Shown: piece after piece, positions 19,056 through 30,919 of the stretch | Layout of the letters: the number at the start of each line of letters is the position of its first letter | Numbering within the stretch: the stretch's first letter is position 1 | From: Alphaproteobacteria bacterium | GTDB taxonomy: Bacteria; Pseudomonadota; Alphaproteobacteria; UBA828 | Length of the DNA: 64,000 nt | Reading direction: 5' to 3' | Assembly: GCA_963667785.2 (NCBI GenBank) | Contig: CAXXMU010000001.1 | Location: 512,001-576,000 of the forward strand | Translations under genes and position numbers: made by a program | Notes under the pieces: generated by a model | Seen by the model: the letters and a program-made list of their open reading frames with translations, nothing else | Told to the model about the DNA's origin: nothing | Databases searched by the model: none

Positions 19056-20579
19056 ATGAGCACACTCTCACCGCATCGCAAACGAATGGTCATCGTGGGG
19101 GCCCTGGCGGGCCTCGGCATGATCGCGGCGGCCGGCGGCGGCCTGGCCACGTCGCTCAAGGCGGCGACGGCGGTCACGCCGCCGTCTGCGGTCGATCAGG
19201 TCTTCGCCACGCCGAGCCTCGCCGGCGTCGTGGAGACGGTGAGCCCGGCGGTGGTCTCGATCGAGGTCACGCGCAAGGCCCGGCCCGCGCCCGCGGCCCA
19301 GCAACGGCACGGCCCCCAGCTTCCCGAGCACCTGAAGCGCTTCTTCGGTGAGGACTTCGCCGAGCGCTTCGGCCGCAATCGGCAGTTCGGGCCCGGCTTC
19401 GAGGGCCCGAGCGGGGGCATCGGCTCGGGCTTCATCGTGGACGCAGACGGCTACATCGTGACCAGTAATCACGTCATCGCCGGCGGCGAGACCATGACCG
19501 TGATCCTGGACGACGGCACCCGGCTCGACGCCTCGGTCGTCGGCGGTGACGGCAGGACCGACCTCGCCCTGCTCAAGGTCGAGGCGGACGGGCCGCTGCC
19601 GGCGGTGCGCTTCGCGGCGGGTGACGACATCCGCGTCGGCGACTGGGTGGTCGCCATCGGCAATCCCTTCGGCGTGGGCAAGACCGCGACCTTCGGCATC
19701 GTCTCGGCGCAGGGCCGCGGCACCGGCCAGAGCCCCTATCATGACCATCTCCAGATCGACGCGCCGATCAATCGCGGCAATTCGGGCGGCCCCAGCGTCA
19801 ATCTGCATGGCGAGGTCATCGGCGTGAACACCTCCATCGTCTCGCCCACCGGCGGCAATGTCGGGATCGGCTTCGCGGTGCCCGCCGCCACGGCCAAGAC
19901 CGTGATCGACGATCTCAAGACCCATGGCCGGGTCATGCGCGGCTGGCTGGGAGTCCAGATCCAGCCGGTCACCCAGGACATCGCATCGAGCCTCGGGCTG
20001 GACGGCAGAGAGGGCGCCATCGTCGCCCGCGTGCAGCCGGACAGCCCGGCGGCCGCCGCGGGGCTGGAGACCGGCGACGTGATCACCGCCGTGGACCAGG
20101 CGCAGGTGGATGACGTGCGGGCGCTCACCCGCATGATCGCCGCCATCGACGCCGGCACGCCTGCCACGCTCACCGTCTGGCGCGACGGGGAGGCCATGGA
20201 GCTTGCGGCCGAGATCGCCAACGCGGCGCCCATGGTCGAGGCGAGCGCGGAGGCCGCGGAGACGGCCGAGGCCGGCCGTCTCGATACCCTCGGCCTGCGG
20301 CTCGAGAACCTCGACCCGGCGGCGCCGGCGGGCGCCGATGCGGATGGCGGCCAGGGTGCCGTTGTGGTCGCCGACGTGGCGCCCGGCAGCGCCGCGGCGC
20401 GCAAGGGCGTCCGCCCCGGCGACGTAATCGTCACCGTCGGCAACGAGCCCGTCGGTACGATCGCGGAGGTGACCGAGCGCATCGATGCGGCCAGGGAGCT
20501 GGGGCGCGAGGCCGTCCTGCTCCTGATGAGCCGTGACGGGAGCGAGCGCTTCGTCGCTCTTCCCTTCGCCACGTCGTGA
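19056..20579 (+). CDS. Do/DegP/HtrA-family periplasmic serine protease with two PDZ domains
   Basis: GSGFIV, TSNHVI (His), DLALLK (Asp), INRGNSGG (Ser); N-terminal signal or anchor. Confidence 0.95.
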   Translation: MSTLSPHRKRMVIVGALAGLGMIAAAGGGLATSLKAATAVTPPSAVDQVFATPSLAGVVETVSPAVVSIEVTRKARPAPAAQQRHGPQLPEHLKRFFGEDFAERFGRNRQFGPGFEGPSGGIGSGFIVDADGYIVTSNHVIAGGETMTVILDDGTRLDASVVGGDGRTDLALLKVEADGPLPAVRFAAGDDIRVGDWVVAIGNPFGVGKTATFGIVSAQGRGTGQSPYHDHLQIDAPINRGNSGGPSVNLHGEVIGVNTSIVSPTGGNVGIGFAVPAATAKTVIDDLKTHGRVMRGWLGVQIQPVTQDIASSLGLDGREGAIVARVQPDSPAAAAGLETGDVITAVDQAQVDDVRALTRMIAAIDAGTPATLTVWRDGEAMELAAEIANAAPMVEASAEAAETAEAGRLDTLGLRLENLDPAAPAGADADGGQGAVVVADVAPGSAAARKGVRPGDVIVTVGNEPVGTIAEVTERIDAARELGREAVLLLMSRDGSERFVALPFATS

Positions 20580-20666
20580 GGGCAGGGGGGCCGGCGCTCC
20601 CGACACCGGGCGCCGGCCCTCGCCCGACCAGAACGCGCCGCCGGTGGCCTCTGCCGCCGGCGGCTT

Positions 20667-23600
20667 CTATTCGTCGAGCGAGCGCAGCAGGTCGTCCACG
20701 AAGCCCTGAAAGTCCTCGTCCGGGTCAGGCTCGGACTCGTTTGCGTCCGGCTGGGGCGCGGGCTCCGTCGAGGGATCGTCCACAGCGCCCTGACGATCCG
20801 CGTCCTGGCTGGGCTCGGTCTCTCCCAGCAGATCGTCGACCAGGTCTTGCAGAGTCTCGCCTCGGTGGCGCTCGGGCGTGAGCGGGGAGTCGGGCGCAGA
20901 GTCGTCGGACATGGGCGTCGGCGCCACCTCGACGGAGGGAGACAATGGCGCCGGCTCGTCGGGCACCGGCGCCATCTCGATGGACGGAGGCTCGGGCGCC
21001 GGCTCGTCCGGCACCGGCACCGCCTCGATGGACGCAGGCTCGGGCGCCACCTCGTCGAGCACCGGCACCATCTCGACGGATGGAGGCTCGGACGCGGGCT
21101 CGTCCGGCGTAGGCGTCACCTCGATGGACGGAAGCTCAGGCGTCGGCTCGTCGGGCACCGGCGCCGCCGTGGGCTTCTCCTCGTCGTCGGCCTCCAGCGG
21201 CTCCTCGGCCGGCCTCGTGTCTTCCGCCTCCTCGGGATCGCCGAAGACGTCGCGGAGCAGCGTGTCCATCTCGGTGCCCGGCTCCGCCTTCGCGCCCTTG
21301 CGGATGGTGATGGTGGGGAACTCCGGCGTGCGGGCGAGCGAGAGGAGTCCGAGCCGGACCAGATGAGCCTGCATCTCCTCGATCCGATAGTGCCGCTCGG
21401 GCCGGTCGATCGGCCCTTCGAGCCGCACGCCGACGGGCGGGGCGTCGGGGTGCTCCGACAGGCGGAACGACGCGCTGAGGTCGAGCTGCCACGCGGGCAG
21501 GTCGGCGCTGCCCTCGATGTCGCCGACGCCGGCGTCGGTGACGATCCTGAAGCCGTCGATGCGTGCGTGGCCGTCCTGGACCCGCACGGTGCCGTCGAGG
21601 GAGCGGATCGCCGTCTGCCCGCTGGAAAGGCTCCGCTCCGCGCCGGCGATGAAGCTCGGGATGTCGTCGAGCGTCTCGAGCTCGCCGAGCGCGTCGATCT
21701 GGCGGCTGAGCGCCGGCAGATCGACATCGTCCAGGGTGCCGTCGCGGGCGGTCAGCGCCACGCGGCCGGTGAGGCTCTCGACCATCTCGTGCGCCGTCCG
21801 GCCGCTCAGGGTGAAGTATCCGTCGGCCGTGGCGCTGCCGGAGACCGCATCGACTCCGGCGGCCTCGCGGAGGATGGCGCCCATGTCCGCGTCCGCGAGC
21901 CGGAACGCCGCCTGCCCGGCCGGCGCCGGCCCGCCGCCGAGGCTGCCGTCCGCCTCCAGCGCGCCGTCGAAGAGCCGCCCGCCGAGCGCGCGCAGCGTCA
22001 GCGTCCCGTCGGCTGCGACGAGGTCCGCCTCGGCCTGCTCGATGCGATAGGCGCCGAGGATCAGGGCGTCCGCCCCGAGCGCGAGCGTGCCGTCGAGGCG
22101 GTCGAGGACCCCGAGGTCGAGGGGCGTGGTGGACCAGCGCGCGGGCGGCGCCGTCGTTTCCTCCAGAAGTGCCTCCACCAGCTCGGCTTCCGCAGCCGGG
22201 ATGCCGCTCTCACCGTCGCCTGCCGCCGCGAGGCCGCCGCCAAGCCAGGCGAGGTCGAGGGTATCGGCGCGGAGGTCGGCGCTGAAGCCGGGCGGCGCCC
22301 GGTCCAGGCGAAGGAAGACCCCGCCGCTCACCCGGCTCGGGCCGATGGCGGCGTCGATGCCGGCGATGTCGGCGGCCGTCCCGTCTCCCGCGACGCTGCC
22401 GACGACGTGCAGCGGGCCGAGGGCGGCGTCCGCCGGCGCGGCGCCGGCGACCGTCTCGAGCAAGTCCTCGGCGCGCGGGTGCGAGAGATCCACGACCACC
22501 CTGTAGCTCGGCGAGGCGAACGGGTCCGCGACCCGGCCCGAGACCCTGAGCGCCGCGCCGGCGACGTCCGCGCTGAGATCGAGCGCGACCGATTCGGGAT
22601 CGCCGCCGATCCCGCCGTCGAGCGCGAGCGCTCCCAGCCGTGCGACGACGGGCGGCGGCGTGAGGCCGATGGTGCGGGCCAGCGCGGCGGCATCGGAGGC
22701 GCGGAGGTTGAGGGCGAGCGCGGCGGCGGGCGTGCCGAACGGCGTCTCGACCGTGCCGGCCAGCGAGGCCTCGGCGCTGCCGGCGGAGAGGGCGAGGTCG
22801 AGCGTGAGCGCCTCCTCGCCGCCCGTCGCCGTGCCCTGCAGTGCGATCGCGCCGAACGGCTCGGTGCGGATGTCGGGATCGATCTCGAGCAGCGCGGCGA
22901 CGCCCGAGAGCGAATCGGCCGCGCCTTCCACCGCGACATCGACGGCCGGCACGGTCCAGACGGAACGCGCGATACCGGTCATGGAGACGTTGGCACCCAG
23001 AACGTCCGCCACCGACGCCCGGTGCAGGGTCAGGTCGCCGTCCGCCACGGTGCCGCCGAACTCGAGCCCGGTCAGGCGCACGCCGCCGTAGATCAGGCTG
23101 TCCATCCTGAGCGCCACGTCGGCATCCATGCCGGCGAGCGCCGCGCGCACGCCGTCGCCCGGGCGCGCCTCTGCGGCCTGGGACGCATCAGGTGTGCCGC
23201 CCGCCCCGCGTTCGGCCAGCAGGTAGGCGTCGACGTTGACCGCATCCGCCGCGAGCCGGGCGGCGAGCCGCGGACGCTCGCCGGTCTCGACGAACGCGTC
23301 GCCGGCGATGCGGGTGGTATCGACGCGCACGTCGAGGTTGGAGGTCGCAAGCCGCGTGCCCTGAGCGGAGAAGTCGAGGCTCGCGTCGAGGCGGCGGAGC
23401 CTGTCCGCCGGAACGGCACCGGTATCCAGGGCGAGCCAGGAGAGGACCGCGCGCAGGTCGTCGGCGGCGATCTCGGCCGTGCCTTCGAGCCAGGGGCCGT
23501 CGCCGGCGGCGGGCAGCCGGGCGGCGAGATCGACCTTGGCGCCGCCCGGCAGTAGCGCCGAGGCGTGCTGGATCGCGACCGCGCCGTCGTCCACGGCGAG

Positions 23601-24803
23601 CTGCGCCTTGGCCTGGCGGATGACGCCGCGGCGCCAGGTCAGCGTGTCGATCGAGAGGTCCAAATCCGCTCCGATGTCCTTGGGAATCATCTGCCGCATG
23701 TGCGCGGGTACTGTCCCGAGAAAATCCAGGGCCGGCGTGGCGGCCGCCTGTTCCGCGTCGCCTGCCGCCGGCACCGCGCCCGCGCCGCCGTCTGCCGGCA
23801 GGTACTGGTCGAGGTCGATCCGGTTCAGCGTGATCTTCGCATCGAGCAGCGGCACGTCGCCGTCCCGCCAGGAGAGCGTGCCGCCGGCCTGGCTCTCCCC
23901 CAGCCGGAGCTGGATGTCGCGGACGGCGACTTCGTGCGCGTCGGCGCTCAGCGCCCCCTTGGCCGAGAAGGCGTTGGCGAGCGGCGCCGCGGGCACCGCC
24001 GAGAGCTTCAGGTCGAGCGCCGCCAGCATGGCGCCGAGGTCGGGCCCCTGGGCCCGCATGGTGCCCGCGAAGGACGGCGTGCCGTCGATGCCGCTGACGG
24101 TGCCCTCGAGCAGCGCGTTGCCGCTGTCGCCGCCGACGCTCGTATCGAGCGACAGCGGGAGCGTGCGGTCGTCGCCGATGGTGCCCGTCGCGAGCTGGAA
24201 GGCGACCGCCCTGCCGCGCACGGCGAAGCTGCCGTCCGCGCGGAAGGGTCCGTCGAGCGAGCGTGCGGTCAGCTCGGCATCGATCCGCTCGATCCGCTCC
24301 GGCGGCCGTCCGTCGCCGCGGCGATAGACGATCACGCCGTTCCTGATGGTGGCGGAATCGATCCTGGCCGGCTCCAGAGCTGCGGCCTCCGGCGCGCCGC
24401 CCGCGGGCGCCGCCGCTGCCCGCTCCAGGAGCCAGTTGGGGCGGCCGTCGCCGAGGCGCTGCAGCTCGATCACCGGCTCGACCATCTCGAGGCTGGTGAC
24501 GGCGAGCTCGCCGCCGAGCAGCGGGCCCAGCGCCAGCGCCAGATCGAGCGACTTGATCCGCGCGAAGTCGGGAGCGGCCGCGCCGGGCGCGTTGGCGATG
24601 CGCAGGTCGGCGATCGTGATCTCGGGCGTGGGCAGGAGGGAGACCGCGACCGCGCCGTCGATCGCGAGCTCGCGCCCGGTGATGGCCTCGAGGCGCTCGG
24701 TGATCTCCGGCTTGAAGCGCTCCCAGTCGAGGTAGGGCGGCACCAGGAAGAGAGCCGCCACCACGAGAGCGAGGAGGACGAGGATGGCGTAGACGAACTT
24801 CAC
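20667..24803 (-). CDS. Large AsmA-family protein
   Basis: N-terminal TM then DWERFKPEITERLEAITGRELAIDG AsmA start; long amphipathic beta-repeat body; acidic Pro-rich tail. Confidence 0.88.
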   Translation of the reverse strand: MKFVYAILVLLALVVAALFLVPPYLDWERFKPEITERLEAITGRELAIDGAVAVSLLPTPEITIADLRIANAPGAAAPDFARIKSLDLALALGPLLGGELAVTSLEMVEPVIELQRLGDGRPNWLLERAAAAPAGGAPEAAALEPARIDSATIRNGVIVYRRGDGRPPERIERIDAELTARSLDGPFRADGSFAVRGRAVAFQLATGTIGDDRTLPLSLDTSVGGDSGNALLEGTVSGIDGTPSFAGTMRAQGPDLGAMLAALDLKLSAVPAAPLANAFSAKGALSADAHEVAVRDIQLRLGESQAGGTLSWRDGDVPLLDAKITLNRIDLDQYLPADGGAGAVPAAGDAEQAAATPALDFLGTVPAHMRQMIPKDIGADLDLSIDTLTWRRGVIRQAKAQLAVDDGAVAIQHASALLPGGAKVDLAARLPAAGDGPWLEGTAEIAADDLRAVLSWLALDTGAVPADRLRRLDASLDFSAQGTRLATSNLDVRVDTTRIAGDAFVETGERPRLAARLAADAVNVDAYLLAERGAGGTPDASQAAEARPGDGVRAALAGMDADVALRMDSLIYGGVRLTGLEFGGTVADGDLTLHRASVADVLGANVSMTGIARSVWTVPAVDVAVEGAADSLSGVAALLEIDPDIRTEPFGAIALQGTATGGEEALTLDLALSAGSAEASLAGTVETPFGTPAAALALNLRASDAAALARTIGLTPPPVVARLGALALDGGIGGDPESVALDLSADVAGAALRVSGRVADPFASPSYRVVVDLSHPRAEDLLETVAGAAPADAALGPLHVVGSVAGDGTAADIAGIDAAIGPSRVSGGVFLRLDRAPPGFSADLRADTLDLAWLGGGLAAAGDGESGIPAAEAELVEALLEETTAPPARWSTTPLDLGVLDRLDGTLALGADALILGAYRIEQAEADLVAADGTLTLRALGGRLFDGALEADGSLGGGPAPAGQAAFRLADADMGAILREAAGVDAVSGSATADGYFTLSGRTAHEMVESLTGRVALTARDGTLDDVDLPALSRQIDALGELETLDDIPSFIAGAERSLSSGQTAIRSLDGTVRVQDGHARIDGFRIVTDAGVGDIEGSADLPAWQLDLSASFRLSEHPDAPPVGVRLEGPIDRPERHYRIEEMQAHLVRLGLLSLARTPEFPTITIRKGAKAEPGTEMDTLLRDVFGDPEEAEDTRPAEEPLEADDEEKPTAAPVPDEPTPELPSIEVTPTPDEPASEPPSVEMVPVLDEVAPEPASIEAVPVPDEPAPEPPSIEMAPVPDEPAPLSPSVEVAPTPMSDDSAPDSPLTPERHRGETLQDLVDDLLGETEPSQDADRQGAVDDPSTEPAPQPDANESEPDPDEDFQGFVDDLLRSLDE
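20918..21163 (-). repeat. About 5 tandem 48-bp (16-aa, PVPDEPAPEPPSIEM-like) coding repeats in the AsmA tail
   Basis: Units visible in both DNA (ggctcgtc.ggcaccggc...tcga.gga) and protein. Confidence 0.85.
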
Positions 24804-25000
24804 CGCTGGTCATACCCCGGCGCGGGGCGTCCGGTCCGTCTGCGTGCGTGGCGGAGGCCCGCTCGACTCCGGTTAACAGCCCGATTCATTTCGTCTAGGC
24901 TTGCCTGTCGATCGGCCCTGTCGATCGGCCGGGTCGTATCGGATGGGAGGCCCCGCGTTTCTTAGACCACGTTTGTCGTTGCACCGAAAGGCCTTTGGTC

Positions 25001-25225
25001 ATGGGCGATGTCGTCAACCTCAATCAGTTCCGCAAGAAGCGCGATCGTGCGGCGAAAATGAGGCAGAGCGCGGCCCAGCGTGCACGATCGGGGCGCTCCA
25101 AGGCCGAGCGGCAGACGACGCAGAGCGAGGCGGCGCGCACGACGGCCGCTCTGGAGGGCAAGCGCATGGAGCGCGCGCCCGACGAGCCCGAGGGCGGTGG
25201 CGGACGAAGCCCCGGGGGCGGCTGA
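25001..25225 (+). CDS. DUF4169-family small protein
   Basis: MGDVVNLNQFRKKRDR...AAQRARSGRSKAER signature. Confidence 0.85.
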   Translation: MGDVVNLNQFRKKRDRAAKMRQSAAQRARSGRSKAERQTTQSEAARTTAALEGKRMERAPDEPEGGGGRSPGGG

Positions 25226-25263
25226 GCGGCGCGTCGGGGACCATTCAGGCAGTGTCGGTGAGG

Positions 25264-25770
25264 ATGAGACGAGGGATCGCCGTGGCGGCGGGGCTGCTCG
25301 GAATGGCGCTTGCGCTCGCAGCGCCGGCGGCCGAGGCCGCGTGCACCGACACGCCGCAGCCGGGCGTCGACTGGCGGCGGTGCCTCCTGGACAACAGGAA
25401 CTTCGTCGAGGTCGATCTCGCCGGCGCGATGCTGCGTGACGGGTTCTTCGCGCGCTCGGACCTCACGCGGGCCGACTTCAGCGGGGCCGACGCGCGGCGC
25501 GCCAAGTTTACCGATGCCGTGCTGGTGGAGACGCGCTGGAACGGCGCCCGCCTGATCGGCACCGACTTCACCAAGTCCGATATGGCCGGCGCCGTGTTCG
25601 AGGGCGCCGATCTCAGGCGCGCGCGCTTCTTCCGCGCGGACCTGCGCAGGGCAGACTTTACCGGCGCCCGGCTCGACGGCACCGATTTCCTCAAGGCGGA
25701 CCTCAGCGGCGCGATCTGGGTCGACGGCAACAAGGTGTGCGCGGAAGGTTCCAGCGGCCAATGCAACTGA
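25264..25770 (+). CDS. Secreted pentapeptide-repeat protein
   Basis: Signal peptide, CTDTPQPGVDWRRC, many A(D/N)LXX repeats, C-terminal VCAEGSSGQC. Confidence 0.9.
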   Translation: MRRGIAVAAGLLGMALALAAPAAEAACTDTPQPGVDWRRCLLDNRNFVEVDLAGAMLRDGFFARSDLTRADFSGADARRAKFTDAVLVETRWNGARLIGTDFTKSDMAGAVFEGADLRRARFFRADLRRADFTGARLDGTDFLKADLSGAIWVDGNKVCAEGSSGQCN

Positions 25771-25787
25771 GCGAAGGCGCCCGGAGC

Positions 25788-26492
25788 GTGCCCGCGGGCG
25801 CCGACCTGGCCCATATCGAGACCTGGATATTCGATCTCGACAACACCCTCTACCCGTCGAGCTCGCACCTCTTCGACCAGGTGAGCCAGCGCATCGGCGC
25901 GTTCATTGCGACGGCGCTCGACCTCGAGCCGGCGGAAGCCAGGCGGCTGCAGAAGAGCTACTTCCGCGAATACGGCACCACGCTGCGCGGCCTCATGCTC
26001 AAGCACGGCATGGACCCCGCCCCCTTTCTCGAATACGTGCACGACATCGATCTCTCGCCGATCGCGCCGAGCGATGCCCTCGAGGCGGCGCTGGGCCGGC
26101 TGCCGGGCCGCAAGCTGGTCTTCACCAATGCCGACGCTCCCTACGCGGAGCGGGTCATGGCGCGGCTCGGCATCGGCCACCACTTCAGCGGCATCTACGA
26201 CATCAAGGCGGCCGACTGGGTGCCCAAGCCCTTCCCCGAGGCCTACGAGCGGCTGAAGTCGCTGCACGCGGTCGAGCCCGAGCGCGCCATCCTGTTCGAA
26301 GACATCCTGCGCAACCTGGCGCCGGCGGCGGCGCTCGGCATGGCGACCGTGTGGGTGCGCAGCGACAGCGACTGGGCGGCGTCCGGTGCCGACGGGATCA
26401 CGCCGGACTACGTGACGGACGACCTTGCCGCCTGGCTCGGCGCGCTTCTTGCGTCGCAGGCGGCGGACGGCGGTAGCGGGCGCGCCGGATAG
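25788..26492 (+). CDS. Pyrimidine 5'-nucleotidase (HAD family)
   Basis: [33 protein letters not shown]; usual position upstream of dapD. Confidence 0.9.
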   Translation: MPAGADLAHIETWIFDLDNTLYPSSSHLFDQVSQRIGAFIATALDLEPAEARRLQKSYFREYGTTLRGLMLKHGMDPAPFLEYVHDIDLSPIAPSDALEAALGRLPGRKLVFTNADAPYAERVMARLGIGHHFSGIYDIKAADWVPKPFPEAYERLKSLHAVEPERAILFEDILRNLAPAAALGMATVWVRSDSDWAASGADGITPDYVTDDLAAWLGALLASQAADGGSGRAG

Positions 26493-26526
26493 GGCCGGGC
26501 AGGGCCGGAGAGCAGAGGAGGAGCGG

Positions 26527-27372
26527 GTGAGCACAGCAGACCTCGAGCGCGCGGTGGAGGCCGCCTGGGAGGCGCGCGACACGCTGTCGCCCGAGACCGG
26601 CGGTGCGGCCGCGGATGCGGTCGAGACCGCTCTCGCCCTGCTCGATTCCGGCGCGGCCCGCGTCGCGGAGAAGCGGGACGGCGCCTGGGTCGTCAACCAG
26701 TGGCTCAAGAAGGCGGTGCTGCTCTCCTTCCGCCTGCAGGACATGGAGACGATCCCCGGCGGGCCGGGCGCGGACACGCGCTGGTACGACAAGGTGCCGT
26801 CCAAGCTCGCCGGCTGGGACGAGGCGCGCTTCAGGGAGGCTGGATTCCGCGCCGTGCCGGGCGCGATCGTGCGCCGCTCTGCCTACGTCGCCCCCGGTGT
26901 CGTGCTGATGCCGTCCTTCGTGAACATCGGCGCCTACGTCGACAGCGGCACGATGATCGACACCTGGGCCACGGTGGGAAGCTGCGCCCAGATCGGGAAG
27001 AACTGTCACATCTCCGGCGGCGCAGGCATCGGCGGCGTGCTGGAGCCGCTGCAGGCGAGCCCGGTGATCATCGAGGACGACTGCTTCGTCGGCGCGCGCA
27101 GCGAGGTGGCCGAGGGGGTCATCGTCGAGCAGGGCGCGGTGCTCTCGATGGGGGTCTATGTGGGTGCCTCCACCCGGGTGATCGACCGCGAGAGCGGAGA
27201 GGTCCATCGCGGGCGCATCCCTTCCTATTCGGTCGTGGTGCCGGGCTCGCTTCCCGGCCGGGCGCTCGCGGACGGCACGACGGGCCCGAGCCTCTACTGC
27301 GCGGTGATCGTCAAGCGGGTGGACGCCGGCACGCGGGCCAAGACCTCGATCAACGAGCTGCTGCGTAGCTGA
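26527..27372 (+). CDS. dapD: Tetrahydrodipicolinate N-succinyltransferase
   Basis: [50 protein letters not shown]. Confidence 0.97.
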   Translation: MSTADLERAVEAAWEARDTLSPETGGAAADAVETALALLDSGAARVAEKRDGAWVVNQWLKKAVLLSFRLQDMETIPGGPGADTRWYDKVPSKLAGWDEARFREAGFRAVPGAIVRRSAYVAPGVVLMPSFVNIGAYVDSGTMIDTWATVGSCAQIGKNCHISGGAGIGGVLEPLQASPVIIEDDCFVGARSEVAEGVIVEQGAVLSMGVYVGASTRVIDRESGEVHRGRIPSYSVVVPGSLPGRALADGTTGPSLYCAVIVKRVDAGTRAKTSINELLRS

Positions 27373-27390
27373 GCCTCCGGTGGGCGTCCC

Positions 27391-28566
27391 GTGACGGCCG
27401 AGGACCTCGCCAGCAGAGAGACCCTCTCCCACCCGCTGGCGCTCGCCCGCGCGCTGATCCGCTGCGAGAGCGTCACGCCGGCCGACGGCGGCGCGCTGGA
27501 CGTGCTGGAAGCCGCGCTCGCGGCCCTCGGCTTCACCTGCCATCGCCTGCCCTTCGAGGAGCCGGGCACCGCGCCCGTCGACAATCTCTACGCCCGGCGG
27601 GGGGCGGCGGCGCCCAACTTCTGCTTCGCCGGCCATACGGACGTGGTGCCGGTGGGCGAGCCCGCCGGCTGGAGCCGCGATCCCTTTGCAGCAACGGTCG
27701 AGGACGGCGTCCTCTACGGGCGCGGCGCGGCCGACATGAAGGGCGCGATCGCCGCCTTCGTCGCGGCGGCTGCGCGCTTCGGCGGGGCGCGCGAACACGC
27801 GGGCTCCGTCAGCCTGCTGATCACCGGCGACGAGGAAGGGCCTGCGATCAACGGCACCCGCAAGGTGCTGGCCTGGCTGGCAGAGAGGGGCGAGGCGCTC
27901 GACGCCTGCCTGGTGGGCGAGCCGACCAATCCGGAAGAGCTGGGCGAGATGGTGAAGATCGGCCGGCGCGGCAGCCTCAACGGCGCGCTCCGGGTGGCGG
28001 GCCGCCAGGGGCATGTCGCCTACCCGGCGCTGGCGGACAACCCGCTGCCCCGCCTCGTCGCCCTGCTCGATGCCCTGCTCGCGCTCGCGCTCGACGAGGG
28101 AACCGATCACTTCCAGCCGAGCCGGCTCGAGCTCACCTCCATCGACGTCGGCAACCGGGCGCCGAACGTGATCCCGGGTGCGGCAAGCGCGCGCTTCAAC
28201 GTCCGCTTCAACGACCGCCACACCGGCGCCGGCCTGGAGCGCACCATCCGCGCCTGCCTCGATGCGGCGGGCGGGCCTTACGAGCTCGCGGTCGAGGTCT
28301 CGGGCGAGGCGTTCGTGACCCCGCCGGGCCGGCTCAGCACGATCATCGCGGAGGCCGTCGCCGCGGTGACAGGGCGTGAGCCCGCGCTCAGCACCACCGG
28401 CGGCACCTCGGACGCGCGCTTCATCAAGGACCACTGCCCGGTCGCCGAGTTCGGCCTGATCGGCCGCACCATGCACCGGGCGGACGAATGCGTGCCGGTG
28501 GACGCGGTCGAGCGGCTGGCGGATATCTATCTCGGCGTCCTGCAGCGCTACTTCGCGGAGCCCTGA
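27391..28566 (+). CDS. dapE: Succinyl-diaminopimelate desuccinylase
   Basis: [47 protein letters not shown]. Confidence 0.96.
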   Translation: MTAEDLASRETLSHPLALARALIRCESVTPADGGALDVLEAALAALGFTCHRLPFEEPGTAPVDNLYARRGAAAPNFCFAGHTDVVPVGEPAGWSRDPFAATVEDGVLYGRGAADMKGAIAAFVAAAARFGGAREHAGSVSLLITGDEEGPAINGTRKVLAWLAERGEALDACLVGEPTNPEELGEMVKIGRRGSLNGALRVAGRQGHVAYPALADNPLPRLVALLDALLALALDEGTDHFQPSRLELTSIDVGNRAPNVIPGAASARFNVRFNDRHTGAGLERTIRACLDAAGGPYELAVEVSGEAFVTPPGRLSTIIAEAVAAVTGREPALSTTGGTSDARFIKDHCPVAEFGLIGRTMHRADECVPVDAVERLADIYLGVLQRYFAEP

Positions 28567-28575
28567 GCCGCCGGA

Positions 28576-28620
28576 TTGACATTTTCCAGGGTATGGCCAT
28601 ACTAGGGAGTATGGCCATAC
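28576..28620 (+). promoter_or_regulatory. Sigma70-type promoter overlapped by two identical palindromic operators
   Basis: TTGACA (28576-81), 16-bp spacer, CATACT (28598-603); GTATGGCCATAC at 28591-602 and 28609-620. Confidence 0.75.
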
Positions 28621-28904
28621 CAAAGATCAAGTCGACCTATTCCCTGGACGTGGAGACGGTGCGCACGCTGGAAAGCCTCGCGCGCCGCTGGAACGTGTCC
28701 AAGTCCGAGGTGCTGCGCCGCGCCATCCGCTCGGTTGCGGAGGAGCGAAGCCCGGGCGCGAGCAAGAGGCTCGAGGCCCTGAGACAATTGCAGGCCTCGG
28801 TCAAGCGGCGAGGCGTCGATCTCGCGGCCTGGGAGCGGGAGGTTCGGGCCACACGCGACGCAGCCTGGCGTAACCGGTTGTCCGTACTCGATGATCCATC
28901 TTGA
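28611..28904 (+). CDS. Ribbon-helix-helix (CopG-like) antitoxin
   Basis: IKSTYSLDVETVRTLESLARRWNVSKSEVLRRAI RHH pattern; overlaps the PIN gene. Confidence 0.85.
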   Translation: MAIPKIKSTYSLDVETVRTLESLARRWNVSKSEVLRRAIRSVAEERSPGASKRLEALRQLQASVKRRGVDLAAWEREVRATRDAAWRNRLSVLDDPS

Positions 28905-29268
28905 TACGAGCTTTCTTATTCGGGCGATCCAATCCGGGTCGTCCGAGGATCGCGCGCTTACAGGATGGGACGCGGCCGGCGAGAACTTCGCGATGAGCGC
29001 GGTCGCCTGGATGGAGTTCCTCTCGGGACCCCTTGAGTCGTCCGAGCTGGAAATCGCAACCGGCATCGTTGACCATCACGTCGAATTCTCAGGTATTCAC
29101 GCGGAAATTGCAGCGCGTCTGTTCAATCGCTCGGGCCGGCGGCGCAGGCTGTTCGCAGACTGCATGATCGCGGCGACGGCGATTGCCGAGAACGCGCCCA
29201 TTGCAACCACCAATGAGCGGGACTTTCGCCGGTTCGAGAGCGAGGGTCTGACGTTCGCGCTCGCGTAG
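28891..29268 (+). CDS. PIN-domain (VapC-like) toxin
   Basis: IHLDTSFLI, AWMEFLSG, ADCMIAATA, ATTNERDF. Confidence 0.9.
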   Translation: MIHLDTSFLIRAIQSGSSEDRALTGWDAAGENFAMSAVAWMEFLSGPLESSELEIATGIVDHHVEFSGIHAEIAARLFNRSGRRRRLFADCMIAATAIAENAPIATTNERDFRRFESEGLTFALA

Positions 29269-29286
29269 AGCGAGGCGGCCGTCCGC

Positions 29287-30909
<1,623 letters not shown>

Positions 30910-30919
30910 GCGGCCCCGC

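Noticed and set aside
24872-24890. CtrA box in the AsmA/DUF4169 divergent promoter
   Set aside because: Only one TTAA half-site; the second half at 7-bp spacing reads ATTC
25264-25770. Qnr-like quinolone resistance protein
   Set aside because: Signal peptide and paired Cys caps indicate a periplasmic pentapeptide-repeat protein in a housekeeping context
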